DNA of 64,000 nucleotides, taken from NCBI GenBank assembly GCA_004022145.1, contig RCNU01000002.1; one strand, 5' to 3'. This document shows, piece by piece, positions 51,607 to 64,000 of this stretch (the stretch's first letter is position 1; every line of letters starts with the position of its first letter). The notes under the pieces were generated by a model. That model had not been told where the DNA came from. It worked only from the letters and a program-made list of their open reading frames with translations, and made no database searches. The position numbers were made by a program, and so were the translations under genes. The DNA is from Paecilomyces variotii. Its lineage: Eukaryota.

Positions 51607-52988
51607 GTGGCGCGCTTATATCCCACTTCCTCAGAGTATAACTGCCTCTCGTGTCGGTTTCGTTAGGGGGTTGCAAGCCGCTAGTTGTGTATGACTGCCA
51701 TCCAAAAAGAACGACGGATATTGCGGGCAGATGCGGAGGGACGGAGGAGTCGATGACGAGAGGCTCGCTTGAACGGTTTGACAGGAGAAATTCACATCCG
51801 AGTAAGGGTCCAATTCTCACTCAAGTATAGATAGCGAGAAGATAGGGAGACGTTCCTGAGCTTAATAATAATGATCCTTGTCGATAGTTAAGGGAGGCTC
51901 GTTCAGGGACTCGGGATCCTTGGCGGGACCGGAGACTGGAGACAGGAGCAGATCGTTAGCACTCGAGACGAGCATGCGTTCCAGCATCAGGTTTATGAAA
52001 CAGCACACGAGAAGCCATGATGGAGGATGGCTGGACTAACTATGTAGTAGTATAAAGTACAGTACCTGTTAATTAAGCAGCGCGGAGGATGGGGCAGGAA
52101 CAGCGTGGTTCTGAGGACGTCGGGGGGTGCTTGCGGCGCTTGGAGGTCGACGACTGGGACTTTTTTAGCAGACCGTTGTTTCGGTTCCCGCAAAACTTCC
52201 AGCGAAACAGAAGTCATCGGCTTCAGGCACAGACGCAATAGAGGGTCTGCTGGTATTAGTTTGAGCCAAGGACGGTTAACCATCTGACGCGGCTGTCGGC
52301 TTTTCTAATAATTGATGACCCATCGACTATCAGCGTTAGCGTGAGTAGTTTAGCCACGTTCGATCATGGAGATACCATAATCACCTTCGAAGGTTCGAGT
52401 TTCCTGGAACGCAGATCATGGGTCGTGCTTGGGCAAGGCTATGGTATACCATAGAATTAGATACTACTATTATTATGTCTCCGCATAATTGCATTCATTA
52501 TTTATTGCTTTGTTCATGCCATTATTTCCTGCCCCAAAAGCTAAGGATATGAGGCCGATGTCACGTTTGGTGGACGCATACCAATGATGCTGAGCTTATT
52601 CTACTTCCACTGGTTCCCATTGGACCTTTATTTATTCACAGCCGGATAGCATTATCACCCTATTATTGCGATGGTGATTGTATTATCTGAACTACCTGTA
52701 ACGGGGCTCTCATGGGTATCTACTACTGAAGAAGCTCGACCATAGCATAATTAAGCAACGCCTTGGATTGTGCCTCCATACTGGCCGTTGCGCCTTGCAG
52801 GACGCTGGAATGTCAGATGGACTTTCCTAGGAAAAACATCCGATTGCGATGTGCAGAAATCCAAGATGGTTTCTTGGGCGTTTTGGACCAATACCGCGTC
52901 AGTCCTTTGCGGAACTTGGCGGACAAAGCAGGGGTGGATTATGTTAACCCTCACTCGTTATCGGATAAAAGCTTGCTTATGGCTTTCT

Positions 52989-54474
52989 TCAAGCGTCTGT
53001 ATGGGAACCATGCCACCAAGGAAGGGACTTCAGACGCTGCATTGTTCGTTTGCTGGCGCATAAAGCGGCGTCTACACCCTCCAGGCCAGGTTCATTCAGA
53101 AGTGCGAGGGTCACGAGACCAAGGTAGGAATGCAGCAAATCTACAGAAAATGAGAAATCGCTCGAGATGCATACGATATACAATATTTTCTTACCTGGAG
53201 GCTCCCCAACGGTCTTCCCAAACCCACCAACTATATGTTGAGTCTTCTCAAGGAGGTAGTTTCTGTTGCCAGCTGAATCAACCAGGTCGAGCCTGCCCAT
53301 CATCTGTTCCATGTCAGCGCCCAGTGCGGCTTTCCCAAAGGCAAATTTCTTACCGCAAGTGTCCCGGATACCCAAAAGCAATAGCATGTGTCGGCTACTT
53401 TATTCTCTCGTCCATTGAACCCGGCATATTTTAACAGATCCGCTCCTGGAGGAAGTAAATCGGGCAACGAGCTGATTCTGTCGTCGAATGACAGGGCAGC
53501 CACATCGCGCTGAAGCTGGTGAACCTCATCATGCGTATTTTCGTGACTCTCTTCTTCCTCGGCGTCTTCTTCTGTATTCCAGGTGGTTGTCTGCCGTAAC
53601 ACAAGCCACTGCACGAGAGATTCGAATTCCGTCGTATGAGGGGTAAATATGTTGACCTTTCTTATACCAGGCGATATTTGATCGAGGAAAGATAGTGCCC
53701 CAATAGCACAGTAACTGAGACCGGCTGAAAAACCCCCCATTATAAGCCTGGCGATCAACGATAGGGGAAGAAAAGGATACATACCATGAGCTTCGCAGAA
53801 CGGAGATTCAGCCATACCACCGTCATAATTCTTCATCCATTAACCGATGTAATGCGGCCAATATTCCATTTAGATAACCTTACCTGACAATTTTCAATGA
53901 ACGACAACAGCTTTTCGATGTCTACGTCTTTTATATCGTCAACATCCCTCCCATTTTCACCTCTGAGTATATACCGTATGCCGGCGGCACAGTGGCAGAA
54001 GCGTAAATCATGGCCACCTGCAATCCTTCCATCGACGCTGATTAATTCACCAAAACTTCCATCCTCACGTTGCAGAGATGGCAGCCACTGAAGGCAGCCC
54101 CTCCTGTTCACCCTCGACAGATCATCGCCTAGAATAAGGAGAGTTACGAGGAATAAAAAGGTAGCAGCCACATTGGCCGGATCCCAGACTTCATTCTCTG
54201 GGGTATGTCTCTCGGCTCCAAAGTCAGTGCCGGTGAAACCACGAAATCCTCCACTGGACACCTGACAGTGATAAATCCAATTGATATATCCCCTTCGTTC
54301 TTCGGGTGTGGTAGTGGTCTCCAATGCGTCTAGCAAGTCGAGCCCAGCGATTGTGAAGAAGGCAAGAAGCCCGCGATTTGAGTCATTGGAAATGTATGGT
54401 TGAGGAAGAAAGGTCTTCAAACAGCGCAGATAGTACTTGACATGACGGTCTTTGCGGACTTCCGGTTCAGCCAT
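52989..54474 (-). CDS. CDC43: Geranylgeranyltransferase type I beta subunit, multi-exon
   Basis: RHVKYYLRCLKTFLP, GGFRG, DLRFCHCAA, EAHAGLSYCA, GFNGRENKVADTCYCFW, GGFGK and HSYLGL are prenyltransferase repeat motifs. Confidence 0.88.
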
Positions 54475-54813
54475 CCCCGCATATTAGTGTCGCGAAGACA
54501 CCTGTCGGGAGAAGAGACAGCTATTATTCCAAGACAGTTCGAGGAGATTTGAACCCAGTATCGAGAGTCAATAATGCACGTCCTATCAGCGGGTTCACAT
54601 CATGATTTTATCTCTCCCACCACCCGCAAGCTGGAGTTCACTTCGATCGGATTTAATGCGGGCGCACGGTCCAACCCCACGTTGCCTATTCGGGACAGAA
54701 AATGTAATTGCAGGAGCTCCGGACGCGACTGAACGAGTTCTCACCTCCCTAGAAGGACACCAGTCTCTGCAGCGGATTTCTCTCGTTAATTGTTCCCAGC
54801 ATACATCGCCAAG

Positions 54814-55628
54814 ATGGGGTTCTTCTCGTCGAAGACGCTCATTCAAGCGCACGCGCTTTTCCTGTTCGTTCTGGCCGTGTATCTCACCAAGTCCCCTGAA
54901 GCCATAACGGACTCTGATCTGGTACTGCTGCTGGGGGAGGCTATGAAGATTGTACGCTTCACGCGCGCCTGAACGGGCACTACGAACCTATCTGATGATA
55001 TAATGTACTTCTACTGACGTCGTCACACGCAGGATGTATCTCCCACCTTTGCACGCCCTCAGTCTCCATTCGCCCTGTGCGGCATCCTTCTCGTTGCCGA
55101 TGCCCTGGTCGACTTGATAGTGGTTACCAAAGTACCGCAGATCAATGAAGTGCTCGCACGGGCAGACGTTGCCAGATCGCGGTCTAATGGATCGACCGCA
55201 GTCATAGGCAACAATCCGTTCGCCATCCGCATGGCCGCTCTTTACTCCGAGATCTGGACACTGCTAGCAGCATCGCGATTCTGCCTTTTCTTCGCCGTGT
55301 CTATTTTCATATACCAGAGTAAGCCTGTCGCGTGGGGGGTAAGCGCAGACGAATCTGAAACTATGACTGGGTTGGGCCAGTTGAAGAACCGCGTGGTTTT
55401 CACATATGGGTTCATGGAGATGATGTTTTGGCTCTGGGTGAGTATTCCTCCTTACCTATGTCGCTTGTCCTATACACAACACCATATGATCCTGTACTCC
55501 CCAATTTTGAGCAACTAGCCAAACGCCATCTCTTACTGACATCTTCATAGATCCTTCTCACCCTTCGTGAAGAGCGGCAAGAAACGGCAGCACGCCTAGC
55601 AGCCGCTGAGGCAGAACACCTACAATAA
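54814..55628 (+). CDS. ILM1: Ilm1-family membrane protein, 3 exons
   Basis: MGFFSSKTLIQAHALFL...LKNRVVFTYGFMEMMFWLW|ILLTLREERQE. Confidence 0.75.
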
Positions 55629-55915
55629 CGAAAGACTTAATATTCCTACATACACCGATAGATTTGTTATTGGTTGCATCTATTCGATTTCTCATTCTAT
55701 CATAGGCGCTAGACATTATCAGAATTACCTTATACGATTTTGGTAGCCACAGTGGGTCTCCAGGGCTGTCCCGAGACCGGAGAATGGCTACCCTGGGAAG
55801 GCGAAGATCAAGAGCTTTCAAGGCAGGTCTTCCAGCGTAAAAAATTGCGTGCCTCATCCAAAACTGATGATCGAGCATCGTATCTTTGACGGACATTCTT
55901 CACGATTTCCCAAGA

Positions 55916-56543
55916 CTATCTCGCGAATGTCATACCAATACTAGCTGCTATTGCGCCCACGATGACCACAAAGCCAGTGTTGTGATTCTGCCTCGACAGG
56001 ATGGCCGTCCCAGTAGGTACGGAACCTGGTACAGGAGTCGTAGCGGAGCCGGATGTAGAAGTAGCTGCTGCTGCTCCGCCCGTTGATGCTGCTGGCGTCG
56101 GAGTACCTGAAGCGCTGCTGGAACAGGTCACTGAGTTGGGCAGGTTCGTCACGCCCGCCGAACCGCAGATCTGCTTTGCGAATTTGAGTGTAGCTGTGAG
56201 GTCGCAAGTAATAACGTCAGTTACATCCGTAAATCAACATTTCTCTAAGAAATCCGATAGTCGTACCCTCTTGGTCCGATGGCGAGCATGCATCCTTGAT
56301 GCAACAGCTTATGGAGTCAATGAAAGAGCCGGTGGTACAGATGCATTTGACATCGATGACACTGCAAGATTTCGGGATCGAACCCAGCGCGCAGTTTTTC
56401 TATGATTTCATTCAGTCTCAAGCATAGCCAGCTGATGGGGAATGCCATACAGCGCAATCAGGAAGCGCCGAAAGATCTTGCGACTGCGCAACGACCGTGC
56501 ATAACAAGCCTGAGAGGGCGACCAAGACAGCAGAGAATCTCAT
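55916..56543 (-). CDS. GPI-anchored CFEM-domain cell surface protein, 3 exons
   Basis: Signal peptide, the 8-Cys pattern LPDCA|KNC...C...DVKCIC...CC..AC..DQ|...QIC, a Ser/Thr-rich stalk, and a hydrophobic C-terminus. Confidence 0.9.
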
Positions 56544-58027
56544 GTTGAAGTAGTCAATGGTTATATATCCTTGAATCAACTTCTCGGCTGGTATTGTATG
56601 GGTGTAGGAAGATGCCTGGAGAGCAGAAAAGAAAAAGATCACATCGGGATACCTGACTATCACTGCATGAATGCTTTAGTGGGATTTCACAGCGCCCCTC
56701 CTCCGATCTCTTAACGATCATGGTGATCACTGACCTCTAGAATACTACATTGACCTGAGCCGATGGAGTCGATGAATTACACTTCTGGTATGCCCTCCCC
56801 TTAGCAATTGCTGCCTCCACTAGTTGTTCAGCTCAACCACATGCCGGGATGCGCTTCATCTGTACCCATCAGCAAACCCCTGATGACGGAGTGGCGTTCG
56901 TCGCTCAACACTTTAGGAGACTCAATCAGTTGAATCCTTCGATTGCAGTGACTGGGACGATATCCGCTGTGGCACTAGTTATCTAGTTCTCCGTCTGTCC
57001 CAGCTTCTCCGCAAAGATCGGCGGTGGGCCTCACCAACCTCATCCACTATTCGCCCGGTTAATCTTCTTTTTTTCTCTGGCCGAGGCAGTTTTGCGTGTT
57101 TTTCAACTTCTACCGATGGGATGTCTGCTTCTTTTTGGTGCATCTTGCCCGTGTCTCCCCAGGCCTGAGCGTAGACAGCTTCATATGAATGGCTGACGGG
57201 GGGGGAGCCAACAGTGCGCATCACATGAAGTCTGGAATTTCCCCAGAGACTCGTACTTCCGGACGCGACTTCGACAGACTGCATTTGGTTCGCCTTCGAC
57301 AGGGTCTCTGTTGTTTATTGTGTGCATCCACACCGGGGCTATCCTTGGTTAGCGGACAAAAGGCAAAAGGACTGCAACGAATAGTCGTTTCTTTGTTCCT
57401 CGCTGACTGTAGGGGTGCGTGAAGAGTGATTATAATCAGGCACCGTTGCAAGGATGATTCTGCACTATATAGAAGGCGCTATAGAACATAAGGCTGCATT
57501 GATCGATAAGAACTGTAGTTTCTAAGTAAGCTTTTGATCTGGTATGGTCTCAAGGCTGGAGATCATTAAAGCAAACTAATTATGATACTGGAGTTCTACT
57601 CCGTATTCCGTTATATGGAGGAGCGTCGATCAGAACGGCTGAGATGTTCTCCCCCTCTTCGATAGGACATTGTAGAGTAAAAGCCTCCGCCAGGGTGACG
57701 ACTTATCCGGTTCCTTTTTTTCTCATCCACATGCTGTCCGTCGCCTTGATTGCTGTTCTTACAGGAGCTGTCCAGGTCGCGGGTAATCATATATCGCAGT
57801 TTTCTCTGGTGAATTCTGTTGAGATCATTATCTGCCTAGAACAAAATCTATACCCGTCAGGCTTGCAAGCAAGCGAGCCAGAGTGTGATAAACTCGAGAA
57901 AACCATTCTGTATTCGGAGATGTCCACCCAAAGCTCTCTTTCTGGATTCTGAGCTCGAATTTGGCTCCTTCAAAGTAGCGGCCCAGAGCAGTAGTTACTG
58001 GTGGTTATACGTTCTGCGGTCGTGAAT

Positions 58028-60158
58028 ATGCCGCTCGGTATATTAGAAGACACCAAAGTCGAGCACGTCCCGGGTGAGCTATTTTCATTGCTCTTTTCGT
58101 TCTTTCCGCCTTTCTTATAGCAACGAGCTATATATTGACTAGGCCGACTAGGCACGTCTTATGTTTTGGACGACAATCGCAGGGGAACCGATGATGTCCC
58201 TATCAGATCCGGGCTGAAGTACGATCGCTCCGGCCCGGTGCCTGTCATCCTCGTACCTCAGCCAAGTGATGACCCTAACGATCCTTTAGTATGGGACTCT
58301 ACATTATAAATGTCTTTTATTTCACTGTATAGGCCAGATTGACTTATTTTGTTGACTGCATCACAGAATTGGCCATTATGGAAGCGGGATCTCATCCTCA
58401 CAGTGCTATCTTTCGTTTCAGTCCTCTGCACAGCAACTGGCCCCATCATGGCTGCCTATGCGTTGACAATAACCTACTATTACGAAAGAAACCTTACGGC
58501 CGTCGCGATTCTTACGGGTTACCAGCTGTGCGGCGCAGGAGTGGCAGGAGTCTTAATTGTGCCCACTGCCCGAGTCTGGGGCAAGCGCCATCTTTATATA
58601 CTGGGGAATATCCTCATGATTGCCAGCACGGCATGGGCAGGGGCAAGTGGTCACAATTATGAGAGTCTCCTATGGTCTCGTGTGATCCAGGGCGTGGCAT
58701 TGGCTCCGTTCGAGGCTCTCGTGAACGCTAGCGTGGGCGACCTGTACTTCGTGCATGTAAGTTTAGCCACTGGATATGGTACTGTATTCCTTCCTGCTGA
58801 TAATGACAGGAACGTGGTAAAAGGATGGCTTTCTCCAACGTCGCTCTGTTCGGTGGCAGTTTCTTGACTCCAGTCGTTGCGGGTAAAATCGCTGCCACCA
58901 TGAGTTGGCAATGGACTTTTTACTTCGTCGCCATCTTCGCGGGAGCTGCGCTACCATTGACATTCTTTCTCGTTCCCGAAACCGCCTTCAGACGTCCTGA
59001 CCACTTGAATACGGACTTTCAAGGAGATGATGAGCGCAGTGGTGCTCAACCGCCTCTCGTTGACAGGAATGACAGCACCAATAATCCATCGATGGATTAC
59101 TCAGAGCCTCCTGAATGCGAAGAGAAGGAAGCAAGGTCAGGTTCTGCTGAAAGATCTAGAGAACAGTTCAACGGAGCAGAAAGAGTGGTACCGCCACGAG
59201 ACTCGTACCTCAAGACATTGAGGTTATTCAATGGACGGAAAACCGATGAGAATTTCTTCAAGCTTCTGCTGCGGCCTTTTCCTCTTTTCTTACATCCTGG
59301 CATCCTTTGGGTAAGTAACGATACATTTCAACTATGATGATCGCTAACAGATGATAGGCGTGTTTAATCCAGGGAGTTCTAATCGGATGGACGGTCTTTA
59401 TTGGCGTGGTTCTTGCTGCTATCTTCATGGGACCGCCTCTCTGGTTTGATTCTGTCAAGACGGGTTATCTATACACCGGTGCTTTCATTGGGTCTATCGT
59501 CGGCTTGGTACTGTCTGGTCTGCTCTCCGATTCGATAAACAAAGTTATGATCAAACTCAATCAGGGGAAATACGAACCAGAGTTCCGTCTCCTTCTTGTC
59601 TTCTTCCAGCTCCTGTTTGCCGGTACCGGATTGTATGGATTCGGTATCACCGCGAGCGACGTTGGGAAATGGGGATGGCTGATTCCGGATGTGTTTCTCA
59701 TGTTTGTGATCATTGGAATGGTCATGGGTGCTGTTGCCAGTGCTCTTTACATTGTCGACGCCCATCGTGAGTCTTCCCTCTGCTTCCGAAATCATGGGGA
59801 TGGTATTACCGGCCCAAGATAGCTAATTCGACCAGGTCAAATTGCCGTCGAGGCTTTCACCTGCCTACTGATTTTCAAAAACATGTTCAGTTTTGTCCTG
59901 ACCTTTTTCGCGTATGAGTGGCTAGTCAAGAATGGCGTCAAACCCGCCTTCTTGGCCATCGGCAGTATTCAGATTGTAGTCTGCCTGCTGAGCGTTCCGA
60001 TGTGTAAGGAAACCCAACCCATTGTAACCTCTCTCCGCATTTTGCGTCTATTACACGTCACTGACGAACCGACCGACTGTGAAATAGACATATTTGGAAA
60101 ACGAAACCGATCGTTCTTCGCACGACATGACCTGTTGAAGATGTTACATCTTTGGTGA
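58028..60158 (+). CDS. MFS transporter (fungal Hol1/DHA1-like), multi-exon
   Basis: MPLGILEDTKVEHVPG, LVPQPSDDPNDPL|NWPLWKRD, ARVWGKRHLY, SVGDLYFVH|ERGK, GKYEPEFRL. Confidence 0.9.
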
Positions 60159-61248
60159 TTAACTAATTCTTGATACTTACGGTTACTTTGACAGATTTGA
60201 ACGTCGAATGCAGGTCTGCGAATCATAGAATCTGGATTCGTCTAAAGCTTCTCGTTTCGCATATAATACGTATTTCTTTCTCTGTGCACACGAATTCGGC
60301 CCTTACAGTGAATGCAATATGCAATCTAATAATGTCTTAGAAATATCTACGACTAAGAATACAGACGAGATAATGCTTATGCTTACGCTTATGTGTAGTT
60401 ACTTTCTACTGGGCTACCTAGATAAGTCACCCAGGGTACCTGAAGCACAGCGAACCAACTGGCGTCATACTTTGCGAACCGAACAGTTTGATCCTCTCCA
60501 GCAACCAGTATGATTCGAGCAAGAAGGTTTGGCAACTGTGCCGTCTTGAAGTCAATTCAAGGTCATGGGAACTCGTCGACGGATTTGGATCTTTGATGGA
60601 TACAGGTTGCCGTTTCGATGGATCTTCGTGTGCTCTGTAGAGATTCTTTCAAAAGGTTCTTGGAAGGTAGAGCGGCCCCTTCATGACACTATCTATCGTA
60701 TCCTTTTGGTTCATGCAACGCTGGACGATAGCGAGCTCCATCGATGTCTGCCGCGCTCCCCGCATTCAGGGAATCTTGCACGGCCAAAAGGTGATCAGAA
60801 TAAAGTTATCAGCAGGCTGCGTGGGTTCTGGTGCAAAGTCCGGGTTGGAATGTGAGGCCCATCAGTCTGGATTCAAGGTCTAGATCGCCGATCGGGTCCA
60901 AGCGAATCATGACATCAAGGAGAGCAGCAGAAACGCCACGATGAATTTAGTATGGTATAGACTAGATAGACTAGTATAGTATCTGGGACTTGAACTTGGC
61001 TCTCTCTAGCGTTCCATCGCAGGCTGGCCTCCGCCGACGTCACTTGACGACACGGCGATGCTGAGCGAAGCTTCCGACCATCCAGTTGTAACCAACGGAA
61101 CGTCCCTCACGTCTCTTTCCGCCCAGTCCCGTCTCCTTGTTCGACCTCTTTTTCTTTTTCTTTTTCTTATCTCTTTCGCATCTTCCCGGATCATGTCTGC
61201 GACTGTCGTGGTGCTTCATCGAGCGCATCGCATATCCCCTCCTCCAAC

Positions 61249-63981
61249 ATGGCGACCGTACATGAAGCAAGACCTGGTGATCCCAGGCTCTCAGATCATG
61301 GTGAGTGTGTGACTTGTAGAAAGCCTCGTATGACGGCTGGCCTCAGCTAACTTGATATCACGTCAGCTGCAACCGCTGCGCTGTACGTGACACATCCTGA
61401 ACGAAAGGTGTCGATTCGCAGCAGACGTCAATCAGAGGTGGAGACCCTTGGTGAGTGCGCTTCAACAGTCGCTAACTACATCCTTCCATGTCGCAGAGTT
61501 AGGCATCCAGATTCTAACGATTATGGTGAATATTAGGTGCTATGGATCCCTCTATAAGCCCCCCAGGAGGCCTGACCCTGGCTTCAGCCAGCGCAGCCGC
61601 CAGTCTTGCTCATGCGAACCGCAGACCACTCGAGATTTGGAGACCAGGAAAGCTGCCAGCCGCAGAGAAGGCGGCGTACCATGCGAGGGACTACCGTATC
61701 GAGATACCCGAACCGCAGCCACGAGCGGACAGGCTAAGCGTGGAGGGACTCAAAAACGCAGCAGTGTTAGCTGCGAGAGACAGCAGAGCACTCACCTCTT
61801 CCACCCCTCCTCCTCCAAACCAAAAGTATCAGTATCTCGCTGAGGAACGCGTCGTTATGAGCGGTGGTCGGGTCAGGGAAGACAAGGTGATCCCTTCAGA
61901 TGAGAAAGGCGCCCTCCTCGCTGCCACAGGGGCCTTGAGGAACACTAGAAGAAGGGCAGAGTCTGCTCCCACAGAACCTGCGGTACACCCTGAAGCTGGC
62001 TATGCGCTCTCTGCTGCTACGATATCACACCATGCCCCACGACCAAGTGAGGACTACCTGGAAGAGCTTGAGGAGCCAATCCAGGCTAGCCGGATACACA
62101 ACATAGCAAAGACGAATGCCCAGCTTTACACCTCGAACCCGCCAGTCGATGTGGAAACCGAGGAGCAAATTCGGAAGGACACATTAAGGGCGGCAGCCAT
62201 CTCGATGGCACAGGAAATGTACACCAGAGCTCAGAAAGGGGCGCAAGAGGACGAAGGCGCGACCCTCGAAGCAGTCCAGGGCGCTCAAAGAGGTCATTCC
62301 AGGCTAGGCAAACGAACTTCGTTGCCAGGGACTGACGAGTCAGCTACTGCCCGGGCCGTTAACCTGCAGCTAGCGGCTCAAAAGCTCGCGTCGGAGAAGC
62401 TTGCCAGAATGCAGAGTCAGAATGAGTACGAAATATACTACGGGACCGCGCAGCCGCCGCGCGCGCGTCGCTCTGTCACAGGTCGACTGAGGCGGAGAAC
62501 ATCAAGTGAAACCGATACATCCAGACTCGACATGGAGCGTTCCATCCGGATAAGAAATCAGATGTCGACCCTGCAGACTCAACTTCACGAAGTGGACGAG
62601 AAAAGGCGAAGAGATCGTGAGGATCTGATGGAGATCGCTATGAGAAACGCCCGTGCTGCAATTCAAGATATCGACGACAGAGTCTATGCGGAGACTGGAA
62701 AGCCATCTCCAGCCATGCAACGAGAATGGGAAGAGAAGGCGCAGGAGCGTGCAAAGCGTAGTCTCGAGGCCGAGTCTCGTCTGGATATGCGTGGGAAAGT
62801 AGAGATTGGCGAACGACAATACGTGGATGCCATTGACGTAGAGGCGGTTGCATTGTCGCGGATCCGCCCTACACTCGATGAAATTGATCAGCGTGCGGAG
62901 GAACGGAAAGCTCGAGAAATCGAACGACGCCTAGATGAAGAGGAGAGGAAGAGACTCGAGGCGATTGAGCGCGAAAGAGAAGCTGACTTGAAGGCAGCAA
63001 TGAAGGCACAAAAAGGTATTCGCGACCTTTGATAATATCTGGCAGAGCGGCTGACAAACTGACTGTTGAACAGCGGCGAGCAAAAAAGAAACGAAAGAGC
63101 GTAAGGCTGCTGCTGCTGAGCAGGAGATGTTAGACAAGGACGATGAATGGAAGATCTTCCGAAGAATGTCCAAGAGAGCCAAGGGCAGAGAGCCTGCTGC
63201 CGCCAACGAGGGTCCTACTTCAGGAGCTCAGGAAGCCCAGCAAGCCCAGGAAGCCGTTGCCGAGCAGAGGGCCCCGGAAGATGAATCTGGTACCGCAACA
63301 GGCGCCGCAGAGCAGGTCAGCCCTACTTCAACGTCTCCGAAAGGAGAATCTAGGCTCAAACATTGGTTCAGATCGACATTCGGCGCCCGGAGTTCGAAGC
63401 AAGCCGCCGAATCGCAGGAGACATCGAAGCCTGAGGAGGAGAGCACATCGAGTTTCGTCGGAGGCGCTGCCCTGACTGGTGCAACCAGAGACGATGCACG
63501 AGGAGCTGCACTTAGCTCCCATCCAGTCACAGAAGAAGAGCAGCCAAATGCTAACGGATATCATAATGACCAGGACGCCGGTGAAGGTGAAGTCGGGCAG
63601 TCTAGCGGTGCCTTACGTCAATGGAGCACATCTACTGGGCCATCAGAAAAGGACATGCGGCAGTCAAATGGACATTCTACGAGAAACGGAGAATCCAGGC
63701 GGTCTCGCCTGAAGACCAACTTCAAGGATATGATGAGGCGGCCCGAGAGTCGCAACGGATCTGCCCTGTCGCCTCCACAAAGCCCAACAACGCCAGGATT
63801 CGAGTCGACAGGTGCTGATACCAGCAGACCAGATCCTGTTCGAGCTGACACGGCAGAGCGTAACGAGTTACAGGATGCCTTCCGAGAAGAGACACTTCCT
63901 GCGCCCCCGCCTCTGCGCACTGTGGTTGGACGGACAAGCAGCAGCTCCAACCGAGACTCGAGATTCTTGGAGGACCTGTGA
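61249..63981 (+). CDS. Eisosome protein 1-like coiled-coil protein, 4 exons
   Basis: MATVHEARPGDPRLSDH|AATAALYVTHP..., ASAAASLAHAN, LRAAAISMA, AQKLASEKLA, IRPTLDEI, C-terminus RDSRFLEDL*. The family assignment is from recalled motif resemblance. Confidence 0.7.
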
Positions 63982-64000
63982 CTATGTATTGGAATCTTCT

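Overview
Gene-dense eukaryotic DNA from a filamentous ascomycete, most likely a Eurotiomycete (Aspergillus/Penicillium-like). The basis is short GT-AG introns with CTRAC branch points and recognisable fungal proteins. I reconstruct about 23 protein genes, most of them spliced, so the ORF track shows only fragments. They are: ABCC transporter, RPL36, TUG/UBX protein, PUP3, hybrid histidine kinase, M20 peptidase, MNS1, RPT4, enolase, eIF3j, a membrane protein, 14-3-3, SERCA, Fe-ADH, FucP-like MFS, secreted TNT-domain NADase, GNAT, CAMKL kinase, GGTase-I beta, ILM1, CFEM-GPI protein, a second MFS, and an eisosome-like protein. A decayed carboxypeptidase S remnant lies at the left end. I found no tRNA, rRNA, CRISPR array or intact transposon. 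The most notable unexplained structure is non-coding. Both long RPL36 introns fold almost entirely into long G-U-containing hairpins, and an orphan ~115-nt hairpin lies between the NADase and GNAT genes. Other points of interest are a long enolase 5'UTR intron, micro-exon chains, a possible Fe-ADH/FucP pair, and a UGA-CUA readthrough context. All calls are by eye. No searches or folding programs were run, and exon boundaries are manual.
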